A DNA stretch of 23,734 bases from an uncultured archaeon (lineage in GTDB: Archaea; Altiarchaeota; Altiarchaeia; IMC4; SCGC-AAA252-I15). The notes under the pieces were generated by a model. That model made no database searches and was not told where the DNA came from. It saw only the letters and a list, made by a program, of their open reading frames with translations. Positions 1 to 8,900 of the stretch are shown here, piece after piece. The position numbers were made by a program, and so were the translations under genes. The DNA lies in the NCBI GenBank assembly GCA_902384455.1, contig CABMCB010000093.1:1-23734 (forward strand). Reading direction: 5' to 3'. The first letter of the stretch is position 1; each line of letters opens with the position of its first letter.

Positions 1-564
1 GTGTCGGGCTGGAGGAAAGTTCGCTCGGACTCTTCGGGGAAAAAAACCGCTTCATGGTTCTTCAACCGCCTGGTTAGGCTGCTGTCTGGTGTTCCGCTGC
101 ACGACGTGAACTGCGGGCTTAAGGCGTACCGGCGGGAGGCTTTGTCCGATTTAAGCTTGTACGGGGAACTCCACAGGTACATTCCGGTCATACTCATGTG
201 GGAGGGATATGCGGTTGGCGAAGTGGAAGTTACCAACCACCCAAGGTTACATGGAAAATCCAAGTACGGACTAACCCGCCTGTTTAAGGGCATGCTAGAC
301 CTTTTGACCGTAAAATTCCTTGGTGCCTACGGCACAAGGCCACTGCATTTTTTCGGGCCTGCGGGAGCGTTTCTTTTTGGCTGCGGATTCGTTTCAGGCA
401 TTTATTTGCTGTACGTTTGGGCGTTCAGGGGCGGCATAGGGGAGAGGCCTCTTCTTATTCTTTCTGTTTTGCTTATGATGGTGGGCGTGCAGTTGGTTTC
501 TATGGGTCTTATTGGGGAGATGATTACTCGGCTTTCTTGGGAGGCGCGGAATCGTAGGCGTTAG
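1..564 (+). CDS. Glycosyltransferase family 2, polyprenol/dolichol-phosphate sugar synthase type (ArnC/GtrB/DPM1-like); 5'-truncated by the window edge
   Basis: GWRKVRSD, LHDVNCGLKAYR, LYGELHRYIP and HPRLHGKSKYG motifs, followed by two C-terminal TM helices; the frame is open at position 1. Confidence 0.9.
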   Translation: MSGWRKVRSDSSGKKTASWFFNRLVRLLSGVPLHDVNCGLKAYRREALSDLSLYGELHRYIPVILMWEGYAVGEVEVTNHPRLHGKSKYGLTRLFKGMLDLLTVKFLGAYGTRPLHFFGPAGAFLFGCGFVSGIYLLYVWAFRGGIGERPLLILSVLLMMVGVQLVSMGLIGEMITRLSWEARNRRR

Positions 565-577
565 TGTTTTTTGTGCT

Positions 578-1804
578 ATGAGGGGTATGAGGGAGGTGGT
601 TGGTGGGCGTGTTGGCGGTGGGGGGACTGTTCTTTTTTTGTGTCATGCTTTTCCTCGTTTTAGGGATGATGGTGTTGCGCCGTTCGTTGGGACTCTTGCT
701 GGTGCTTTGAGGGCGTCGGGCTTTAACGTGGATGTTGTTGCGCCGCACGCTAGGGGGTTGAGGGTTAGTGAGGATATTGGGGGCGTTACCGTGCATCGTT
801 TCAGGTATGCTCCTGAAGAATGGGAGACTCTTGCCTACAGGGGTGTGATGCATGATGTTTTGATTAAGAATCCGCTTTATCTTCCTTTGTTTGCGTCTTT
901 TTTCGCATCTTACGTCTTGGAGGCGGTGAAGGTTTCGAGGGATAAGAAAGTTAATCTGATTCATGCGCACTGGTGGATTCCGGGGGGGGTTGCTGCCGCC
1001 GTTGCCTCTAAGATTACGGGCAAACCGTATGTAATCACATGCCACGGTTCAGACGTTTTTCTAGTCAGGAAGTGGAAGTGGCTTGCACCTATTATGCGAT
1101 GGACCCTAAGTAACGCGTCGTCTGTGACAGTAGTTTCCTCATACATTAAGGACGAGCTTTCTAAGCAAGGATTCTTAGGGGCAAAAGTCATCCCCATGCC
1201 TGTTGAAGAACGCCTCCTGCCCAAAAAAAGAAAGGATAAAAGAGGGGCTTATCGCATAGTCGCTTCGGGCAGACTCGTCGAAAGAAAGGGCTTCACATAC
1301 CTACTTGACGCCCTTGATGCTCTTGCCAAAAAAAGAGTAAATTTTGAAGCTGAAATAATTGGGGACGGCCCCCTGAGGGATTCTCTCGTAGGATACGCCA
1401 AGGAAAGGAATTTGAATGTCTCCTTCACGGGCGCAATGCCCCATTCTGAAGCAATAAAGAGGCTTGCCTGCGCGGATATCGTGGTTATGCCGTCAATCAC
1501 CGACTGGAAGGGCGAAGCGGAAGGGTTGGGGATGGTTTTGGCCGAATCTCAGATGATGGGGATACCGGTTGTTGGTTCGTCTTCTGGGGGTATTTTGGAT
1601 GTCGTAGAGGATGGGGTTTCGGGGCTTCTTGTTCCTGAGAAGGATTCTAAGGCTCTTGCTGCGGCTTTGTTCCGTCTTATTGCTGACAATAAGTTTGCCG
1701 GAAAGATTGCTGAAGGTGGGCGCAAAAGCGCGGTATGCCGCTTCAGTTTGGAGGGTGTGGCAAAGAAGTTCATTGATGTCTACGGGAAAGGAGGGCTCAA
1801 TTGA
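578..1804 (+). CDS. Glycosyltransferase family 4 (GT-B fold)
   Basis: IHAHWWIPGG, ITCHGSDV, GRLVERKG and EGLGMVLAES (E-x7-E) motifs; the start could be a slightly later ATG/GTG. Confidence 0.92.
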   Translation: MRGMREVVGGRVGGGGTVLFLCHAFPRFRDDGVAPFVGTLAGALRASGFNVDVVAPHARGLRVSEDIGGVTVHRFRYAPEEWETLAYRGVMHDVLIKNPLYLPLFASFFASYVLEAVKVSRDKKVNLIHAHWWIPGGVAAAVASKITGKPYVITCHGSDVFLVRKWKWLAPIMRWTLSNASSVTVVSSYIKDELSKQGFLGAKVIPMPVEERLLPKKRKDKRGAYRIVASGRLVERKGFTYLLDALDALAKKRVNFEAEIIGDGPLRDSLVGYAKERNLNVSFTGAMPHSEAIKRLACADIVVMPSITDWKGEAEGLGMVLAESQMMGIPVVGSSSGGILDVVEDGVSGLLVPEKDSKALAAALFRLIADNKFAGKIAEGGRKSAVCRFSLEGVAKKFIDVYGKGGLN

Positions 1805-2550
1805 AATCCGATTCTTCAAAGAATGCGTACGAGCGCCTACTGAAGGACGCATCTTATGCTAAGACTCGGCCTCAGAAGGCTGCTTTGATTGGTCGTCTTC
1901 TTTCGGGCAGTATTGGGGGTGCGGTTGTTGTTGACGTTGGTTGCGGAGGGGGGGTGATTACGGAGTGTTTGAGGAGTGATTTTGGAGCGTTTTGTTTCGG
2001 CGTGGATTTGGATTATTCTGGTCTTGGGGGTAAGGGTTTTTTTGTCGGTGGGAGTGCTGTTTGCCTTCCTTTTGAGGGCGGAAGAGTTGATGTGGTTGTC
2101 TGCAACAACGTCTTTGAGCACGTGAAGGACAAGGATGCGATGCTTTCCGAGTTCAGGAGGATTCTTAAGCCGGACGGAATCGTTTTTATTGCCACAGGCA
2201 GCCGCTATTTCCCGTGGGAGCCGCATTACAGCCTTCCGTTCTTAAGTTGGCTTCCTAAGGGGTTTGCTGACGTTTACGTTAGGGCGCTTGGGCGGGGAAA
2301 TGGCTATGAAGGGGTTTATCCTGTTACTTACGGCGAAGCGGTCGGCTGTTTGGAGGCCGCTGGTTTTTCAGTCAAAGACAGGACGTTGGAAGTATTGTTT
2401 GGCGACTTTCCGTTGAGGGTGGAGTATGAGAGGTTCAGAATCTTTGTCAGGGTGATTCCTCGCCCGCTGTTGAACCTTCTTTTTCGAGGGTTTTCTCCTC
2501 AATGGTTTCTTGTGGCGTCAAGTCCAAAAGCCGGTCAAGTGCAGGAATAG
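1801..2550 (+). CDS. Class I SAM-dependent methyltransferase (Methyltransf_11-like)
   Basis: VVDVGCGGG motif I, LPFEGGRVDVVVCNNVFEHV, RRILKPDG; TTG start overlaps the GT4 stop (TTGA). Confidence 0.88.
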   Translation: MKSDSSKNAYERLLKDASYAKTRPQKAALIGRLLSGSIGGAVVVDVGCGGGVITECLRSDFGAFCFGVDLDYSGLGGKGFFVGGSAVCLPFEGGRVDVVVCNNVFEHVKDKDAMLSEFRRILKPDGIVFIATGSRYFPWEPHYSLPFLSWLPKGFADVYVRALGRGNGYEGVYPVTYGEAVGCLEAAGFSVKDRTLEVLFGDFPLRVEYERFRIFVRVIPRPLLNLLFRGFSPQWFLVASSPKAGQVQE

Positions 2551-4617
2551 CCCCTTAAGCCCCAAAAGTAGGAACGCAATGATTAGCCCGGATTTTATCC
2601 ACGAATCTCTTATTCTGCCCAGACTCAAGAACACCGGCCACAGCATGATGAGGTAGCGTGGCTGGGATACTGCCGGCATTCCGGCCAAAGAAATGCTCAT
2701 CAGGGCGAACACCACGCAGTAAACCGCCATTGCGGGAGAAATGGCTATTAGACTAAAGGAAACGATGAAAAGAGGCAGCGCATACAGGTAGTTTTCAAAC
2801 ATGACGTTTTGGTCTCCTGAAATAAGCTGGTAAAATTGCCAGTTAGGCCCCTCGAATATTCCTTTGCTCTGCCATTCCTTTCGGACGTCAAATAGGGTGC
2901 GGTACGATCCGGTCTGGGTTTCCAGGTAAACTATGAGGAGGATGAACGCTAATCCGGGCAGTATCGTCCCTATGAAGAATGAGATCCATTCTTTCCGGCT
3001 GCGGGGCCTTATTTTCTTGTCCGCGGCGGCTGCTATCGGGTTTATCACCGCTATTGCTCCGCCCATGTATCGGGTGAGGAGCGCTAACGCGGAAATTAGG
3101 CCTGATGAGATGTAGCGGCGGCGTTCAAACAGGTTCCATGAGGCGACTGCTAGAAACAGGTATAGGGTTTCTGTGTATCCTAGTATGCCGTATACGAAGA
3201 AGGCGGGGAATGACGCCAGAAGTATCGTCGCCCATGCGCTTTCTGTTTTGTTTAGGTGGCGGCGGGCTGTGTAGTAGAACGCTATTATCGCCAGGTATGA
3301 GAAGAGGTTTGAGATTATAAGGGACGCCGCGAGGGGGTTGCTGGTTGCTGGCGTAATCACGCTTATGGCCCACCCGTACAAGGGGGCGAATGCGGGTTTG
3401 CTTGCGAACCCTTTTTGGGCTATTGTTAGGTAGTGGCTTGCGTCCCATTTTGTGGCCAGTACCGCAAGTATGTATTTTTCTTTGACGTCTACGCCGAATT
3501 CCTGCCTAATGTCCTGGACGCTTTTTCCTGAAACAAGCCCGTCGGAAAGAAGGAAGTCTGAGTAGTATAACGCGACCACCTTCAGCAGGGACAGATAAAT
3601 GACCAGAAGGATTATGTATGTTCTGTCGGAGCGGCGACCCATCAAAGCAGAAATGCGCTTTCCTTCGGCTACCGCCAAAAGTATTATTGCGCCCAGAAAA
3701 ATCATCAGCGGAGTGGATGGAACAGCGCCGTAAGGGCGCAATGCGACTGTGAATCCGCCCCCGACGTTTTCCGCCTGAATTTCCAGATTGTGGCTTCCCT
3801 TTGAGACGTTAGCCATATTGACGTCTGTGCCTGCGCAATCAACGCACTTTGAACAGCTAGCCCGCTCCAACTGGACTATGCCATCCAGCGAAACACGCCG
3901 CGCACAGTCGTCTACTGCCAGTATTATGGGCAACTCTCTAAAGTCGCCATCTACTGTAAGGTTCACCCGAACCAAAGCCTGCTTTTGTTCGGCGGACAAA
4001 CCCAACGCGGAACGCCTGAGCACATCCTCCGTCCTCCAGTCGGCCGAATTTTCTCCGCAAGAGCCGTTTTCGGTCGTGGCGTAAGAATAATGCCAGTCGG
4101 AAAGCGCCGCATAAGGGGCGCCTTCTTGCGCCACCGGACGGGCGTCCACGTTGAAATCGCCGCCGACGTTTCCTGCCACGACCTCAAGCAAATGGCTGCC
4201 GGCGGACACTTTTGTGAAGTTTATCACAGTGCCGCCGCAGTCAGCGCACTGAAAACATTTTTCCCGCTCAAACTGAATCACGCCATCAAGGGAAACCTCC
4301 CACGCACAATCATCGACCTTCACCAAAACAGGAAGAACATCAACCGGTTGATTCAACGTAAGATTCGCCTGCAACACGGCCTGACCCCACTCGGAAGACA
4401 AAACCACCGGGGAATCTGAAAGCACACAGTAGGAGTACCGCCAGGATGAGAACTTCATGGGCTCAGAAGAAGCGAGCCCATATGCGGCAAAGGAGAAAGA
4501 AACGAACACAAAAGCCAATAAAATAAACCTGCGCCTCTGAATCAACGACGAGACTAAACTTGAACCCCTTTTTTCCCGGACGTTTTTCTGGATTTTCAAA
4601 TTTCTCCTTAAGACCAA
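2518..4617 (-). CDS. GT-C membrane glycosyltransferase, PIG-V/Mannosyl_trans2-like, with two N-terminal Cys-motif beta-sandwich domains
   Basis: KWDASHYLTIAQKGF, PAFAPLY, YTETLYL and PRYL motifs in a multi-TM C-terminal half; paralog of 4633..6654; TTG start uncertain. Confidence 0.82.
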   Translation of the reverse strand: MVLRRNLKIQKNVREKRGSSLVSSLIQRRRFILLAFVFVSFSFAAYGLASSEPMKFSSWRYSYCVLSDSPVVLSSEWGQAVLQANLTLNQPVDVLPVLVKVDDCAWEVSLDGVIQFEREKCFQCADCGGTVINFTKVSAGSHLLEVVAGNVGGDFNVDARPVAQEGAPYAALSDWHYSYATTENGSCGENSADWRTEDVLRRSALGLSAEQKQALVRVNLTVDGDFRELPIILAVDDCARRVSLDGIVQLERASCSKCVDCAGTDVNMANVSKGSHNLEIQAENVGGGFTVALRPYGAVPSTPLMIFLGAIILLAVAEGKRISALMGRRSDRTYIILLVIYLSLLKVVALYYSDFLLSDGLVSGKSVQDIRQEFGVDVKEKYILAVLATKWDASHYLTIAQKGFASKPAFAPLYGWAISVITPATSNPLAASLIISNLFSYLAIIAFYYTARRHLNKTESAWATILLASFPAFFVYGILGYTETLYLFLAVASWNLFERRRYISSGLISALALLTRYMGGAIAVINPIAAAADKKIRPRSRKEWISFFIGTILPGLAFILLIVYLETQTGSYRTLFDVRKEWQSKGIFEGPNWQFYQLISGDQNVMFENYLYALPLFIVSFSLIAISPAMAVYCVVFALMSISLAGMPAVSQPRYLIMLWPVFLSLGRIRDSWIKSGLIIAFLLLGLKGLFLHLTGFWT
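3835..3912 (-). repeat. DDC-x16-CxxCxxC domain core, copy 1
   Basis: DDCARRVSLDGIVQLERASCSKCVDC. Confidence 0.9.
4237..4314 (-). repeat. DDC-x16-CxxCxxC domain core, copy 2
   Basis: DDCAWEVSLDGVIQFEREKCFQCADC. Confidence 0.9.
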
Positions 4618-4632
4618 ATATCGAGCAAACGA

Positions 4633-6654
4633 CTAAATTAAATGAAACAACAGAGCCCTAAGACCCAACATAATGAACGCAAGAATCATGGCCGCCTTCA
4701 CCCACGGGTCTCTTATTCTGCCCAGCGCCAGAAAAACCGGCCACGCCATAAGGAGGTACCTGAACTGCCCCGCAGCCGACTGCCCTGCAAGAGACAGAAG
4801 CAGGAGGGATATCATAAAGCAGTAAGCGCTAAGGGCCAAAGATACTGGGAGTAGGCTGAAAGCGACAATAAGGAAGGGAAACGCGTACATGTAGTTCTCG
4901 AACATCACGTTGTTGTCGCCTTCAAGAAACCGGTAAACCTGCCAGTGAGGCCCCTCAAATAAAGTGGGGTCCCAGCCCTTGCGGACCTCGAATATTGTCG
5001 TGTAGGAGCCGGAGGACAAGCTAACGTAGAACATCAGACCCGCCAACGCCAAAACCGGGAGGGCAAGCCCCATAAGTAACGCGGCCCATTCATGCTTGTT
5101 GTGAGGCCTCATTTTTTTGTCGACTATTATTGCTATGAGGTGTATGGGTACGAGTATGCCTCCGAGGTATCTTGTGAGGAGCGCGAATGCGGCGAATACT
5201 CCGGATGTGAGATACAGCCGGCGCTCTATCAGGTTCCATGATAATATTGCGAAGAACAGGTACGTGGATTCGCTGTATCCTACTGTTCCGTATGCTATGA
5301 ACGTGGGGAATGACGCCAGTATTGCCGCGGCCCACGTGCTTTCTGTGGGCGTTAGGTGTCGGCTGGCTGTGAAGTAGAACGCGATTATCGCCAAGTACGA
5401 GAAGAGGTTCGAGACTATAAACGATGAAATGAACGGGTTGTGTATGACGTTCATGGCTCCGCTTACTATCCAACTGTAAAGCGGGGCGAACCCCGGGTCA
5501 GTTTCGTATCCGTGCAGCGCAATCTTCAGGTAATGCGCGCCGTCCCATGTTGTAGCGAACTTGACCAAAAGAGGCACGGCAGACGCAGGAACACCCAAGT
5601 CCTGCGTGATGGCGCTTACGCCAGGCATTGAAAGCCTGCTTTCAGACATAAGATATGAGATGTACTCTACCGCAACCACCTTAAGCAAGGTCACGTAGAT
5701 TATCAACAGCACAACATACGCCGTGTCTGAGCGGCCGCCGAATGCTTTGCTTATTTTGCTAAGTTCCAGGGCTGAGAGAAGAATGATGCTCAAAAGCAGG
5801 ATGAACGTGTATGGCTTTGGGCCTATGTATGTTTTGATTGTGACGTCGAATCCTTTAGCTATGTTTTCCGCCCGGATTTCAAGTATATGACTTCCTTTGG
5901 AAACGTTTTGCATGTTTATGACTGTGCCGCCGCAGCTGCCGCAGCCGCGGCATTCATTATTTTTGTACTGTATTTTTCCGTCAAGAAGCACCGCACTCAG
6001 ACAGTCGTCTGCGGCCAGATTAATTGGTAGTTCTGGCACGTCGTTGTCTACTGTCAGGTTCACGAGTATTAGCGCCTGCTTTTCTGTGGGGGATAATCTC
6101 AGTTTGGAGTTTATTGGCGTAGCGTCCTGCATCTGCCGGCTTTGCTTTTCGCCCCCGCAGGTGGCGTTTCCTTGGGGGTAGTAGTAGATCCAGTCGGAGA
6201 ATTCGGGTGTTGGGGTTCCGTTTATTTGGAGGGGCCTCACATCCACGTTGAATGCGCCCACGAAGTTTTCACCGTCAATTTCTATGGTATGGCGTCCGCG
6301 GGATACTTTTGTGATGTTGATTATCGTAGATCTGCAGTCGGCGCATCCCCTGCATTCCTTGCGTTCAAATCTTATTTTGCCGTCAACCAAAACCCTTCGC
6401 ATGCAATCGTCTACGGTAAAATTCAGGGGGAGCAGCCGGACGTCGCCATCAACGTCAAATTTCCCTTGAACCACGACCGATTTTTCCTGGGGCGATAGAA
6501 TCAGCGGCGGACTGCTGACGAAGCAGTACGAGTACTTCCAGGATGAAAGCGAAACGGACGGCTCAGAAAAATAACCGTAGAGTATTAGGGCAAACGAGGC
6601 CACCGCAGCGGCGGAAAGCAAAAGTGTGATGCCTTTCTTCAGGGTCTTATTCAT
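4633..6654 (-). CDS. GT-C membrane glycosyltransferase, PIG-V/Mannosyl_trans2-like, with two N-terminal Cys-motif beta-sandwich domains
   Basis: TWDGAHYLKIALHGY, GFAPLY, YSESTYL and FRYL motifs; N-terminal signal anchor; ATGA overlap with the upstream gene. Confidence 0.84.
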   Translation of the reverse strand: MNKTLKKGITLLLSAAAVASFALILYGYFSEPSVSLSSWKYSYCFVSSPPLILSPQEKSVVVQGKFDVDGDVRLLPLNFTVDDCMRRVLVDGKIRFERKECRGCADCRSTIINITKVSRGRHTIEIDGENFVGAFNVDVRPLQINGTPTPEFSDWIYYYPQGNATCGGEKQSRQMQDATPINSKLRLSPTEKQALILVNLTVDNDVPELPINLAADDCLSAVLLDGKIQYKNNECRGCGSCGGTVINMQNVSKGSHILEIRAENIAKGFDVTIKTYIGPKPYTFILLLSIILLSALELSKISKAFGGRSDTAYVVLLIIYVTLLKVVAVEYISYLMSESRLSMPGVSAITQDLGVPASAVPLLVKFATTWDGAHYLKIALHGYETDPGFAPLYSWIVSGAMNVIHNPFISSFIVSNLFSYLAIIAFYFTASRHLTPTESTWAAAILASFPTFIAYGTVGYSESTYLFFAILSWNLIERRLYLTSGVFAAFALLTRYLGGILVPIHLIAIIVDKKMRPHNKHEWAALLMGLALPVLALAGLMFYVSLSSGSYTTIFEVRKGWDPTLFEGPHWQVYRFLEGDNNVMFENYMYAFPFLIVAFSLLPVSLALSAYCFMISLLLLSLAGQSAAGQFRYLLMAWPVFLALGRIRDPWVKAAMILAFIMLGLRALLFHLI
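5932..6009 (-). repeat. DDC-x16-CxxCxxC domain core, copy 3
   Basis: DDCLSAVLLDGKIQYKNNECRGCGSC. Confidence 0.9.
6334..6411 (-). repeat. DDC-x16-CxxCxxC domain core, copy 4
   Basis: DDCMRRVLVDGKIRFERKECRGCADC. Confidence 0.9.
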
Positions 6655-8900
6655 CTTTTTACCCGCTTCTTTGCGTTAGGGGCTGTAAGATACGCTGCCG
6701 ATCCCGCAAGCGCCAGCACGGTGATTAAAGCTCCTGCTGCTAGTCCGGGAGTTGTGTAAGTGAAAGTGACTTTGCTTGTGAGCGGCGAAACAGCAACAGA
6801 CACAAGACCAAGATAAGGCTTTACAACGCCAGCATCCGAACTCCACCCATCATGGTAATTCTGGTTGAGCACAAGCAAAGTAGGCTCAAGAGTGCCAACG
6901 GATGCAGTAACCCTGTTTGGCGTGAACTCGATTATATTCGCATTCCCGCCGTTAACCAGATACGCTTCGCCGCGATAACTCTCCTTAAGCACACCACTTA
7001 CTTTCCACGGAGTCGCATACGCAGTCAAACCGCCCGGATCATAACAGTCTAAGGCGCCGTGGTTGGCCAAAAACACCTCGTACATTCCGCTGTACCTGCG
7101 GTCGCCAACTCCTTCCGCAAGAGTCTGCCTGAAAGTGGAGTCGGCATTTATTGTGCGCGCAGTTATTGGAAAAGACATTGAGAGTATGCTCCCGTTGACA
7201 TTCCACAAGTCAAACAAGACAAAAAACAGGATGACTACTGCCATGCGTTTGTCGTGGCGCTCAATGGCGTTCAAACCCATTGCAGCGCACATTGCAAGAA
7301 TGAAGTTCACCATCAGAATCAGACGCTCAGGAGTGCGCAAATTCCCCATGAAAGGAGCATAATCATGGAGTATTCCCCACAGGCCCAAAGGCGAACTCTC
7401 GTTGAAAGCCAATATTAATATGAACAGGAGAGTTAGTACGAGGGGCTTGTTTGCGCGCCCAAGAATTATTGCGGCTAACGCAAGTATCAGGGGTATTTCA
7501 CCTATGTATCCGCCGTACTCATGCCACCCCCATACCTGCCCCTTGAAGCTGTGGGCTCCCAACGCCTGATAACGGTCTATAAGGCTTCCGGCAAGAATAT
7601 CCCACGTTAATCCGCTGCTGTCGTTTATTGTGCGCGGATTGTCTTTGGTGTAGAGCACCTGAGGCACAATCTTTATTGCCCCGAACAAAAGGCACAAAAC
7701 TAGGATTACCGCGGTGACTTTGACGGGAGTGAACGTCCTTTTGAAAAAAGAGGTAAGCGGAGCGTACGATAAGAGGAAAAGGATGACGTAGACGAAAAGG
7801 TAAGCGTGGCCTTCAAGGTATATTAGCGCAAGTGAAAGTGCTGCAGGAACAGCCCACTTCATGTCTTCCTGCGTTGCCCGCAGATAAAAGTATGCGACGT
7901 AAGGCACCCATGCGGCAGCAATCCACGTGTAATGGCCTTCGGCGAAATGGAGCGGAATCACCGCTGAAAGCATGTACACGAACGCCGCCATATGGCTTCC
8001 GGCCTCGCCCATCTTCAGAAGGCGGGCCAGCAGATACATACCTATCAGGCCGATTAGGTAGTGAAGAAGCATCTGCAGTTTAATGCCGTATTCCACCCCG
8101 AACAGGAGAATCAGATTAAATGTGGGAGTAAGGTAGAAGCTTTGCGGGTTGGCGAGAATTACCGTGCCGCCGCACGCGTAAGGATTCCACATGGGCAGCT
8201 GATGGTAAGTAAGTATCGTTTTCCGGGCGACTGCGTTGTTGAAGAAGAAGTAGTCCCAATCGTGTATTCCCCAGTTGCCGGCGTTCTCTACCAAGGGGGT
8301 TAGGAAAGATAGTGTGACGAAACCATATGCGAAAAGGATTAGTAACGCCTTCAAATGCCACCGACGCACCCTGGCAGGCAAAAACAAAGCAGCCGAAAGA
8401 AACGCCATCGCTACGAGGAACAATGACGTTGAAGGCCGGATGTTAAATGATAACCAGGGTTGATCCTGCTCTACCTTGAACATCCCTGAGCCGCCGTTGT
8501 TTTTCACGTGGGCGGCTAATGTGTGGTAGGGTTTGTCTGCGCGTATGGGCAGACGGAACATAATTCCGGAACAGTGCGTACAGGCTCCGCATTCTGTCGC
8601 GTTGAAGACGCTGATTCCGTCAAAGTACAATTCCAGCAAGCAGTCGTCAGCGTAGATGGTCAGATTGACGCTGCTTTGGCCGGGGTCGGCATCAACGAAC
8701 CCCTTGAAGTACAGGTCGGATTGAGTGCTCTGGCTTTCGTAGGGTTGAGGCACCAGAATCCATTTGGTCACGTCAAAGTCGTCCTGATACCACCCTGGAA
8801 AATACACCGGAGAATACGCCCACGAAGAAGTCGACGCCGAAGAAACAAACAATGACGCCGCCAGCAGAAACACCGCGACAGCCAACGCCTTCTTAATCAT
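6651..8900 (-). CDS. YfhO-like GT-C membrane protein with an N-terminal Cys-motif beta-sandwich domain (749 aa)
   Basis: Start reassigned to ATG 8900 (MIKKALAVAV): upstream GGAGG RBS, ATGA overlap with the stop at 8897, and a signal peptide. DWDY, LPMWNPYACGG..LANPQ, LRTPER and LNQNYHDGW motifs. Confidence 0.82.
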   Translation of the reverse strand: MIKKALAVAVFLLAASLFVSSASTSSWAYSPVYFPGWYQDDFDVTKWILVPQPYESQSTQSDLYFKGFVDADPGQSSVNLTIYADDCLLELYFDGISVFNATECGACTHCSGIMFRLPIRADKPYHTLAAHVKNNGGSGMFKVEQDQPWLSFNIRPSTSLFLVAMAFLSAALFLPARVRRWHLKALLILFAYGFVTLSFLTPLVENAGNWGIHDWDYFFFNNAVARKTILTYHQLPMWNPYACGGTVILANPQSFYLTPTFNLILLFGVEYGIKLQMLLHYLIGLIGMYLLARLLKMGEAGSHMAAFVYMLSAVIPLHFAEGHYTWIAAAWVPYVAYFYLRATQEDMKWAVPAALSLALIYLEGHAYLFVYVILFLLSYAPLTSFFKRTFTPVKVTAVILVLCLLFGAIKIVPQVLYTKDNPRTINDSSGLTWDILAGSLIDRYQALGAHSFKGQVWGWHEYGGYIGEIPLILALAAIILGRANKPLVLTLLFILILAFNESSPLGLWGILHDYAPFMGNLRTPERLILMVNFILAMCAAMGLNAIERHDKRMAVVILFFVLFDLWNVNGSILSMSFPITARTINADSTFRQTLAEGVGDRRYSGMYEVFLANHGALDCYDPGGLTAYATPWKVSGVLKESYRGEAYLVNGGNANIIEFTPNRVTASVGTLEPTLLVLNQNYHDGWSSDAGVVKPYLGLVSVAVSPLTSKVTFTYTTPGLAAGALITVLALAGSAAYLTAPNAKKRVKR
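8571..8648 (-). repeat. DDC-x16-CxxCxxC domain core, copy 5
   Basis: DDCLLELYFDGISVFNATECGACTHC. Confidence 0.9.
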
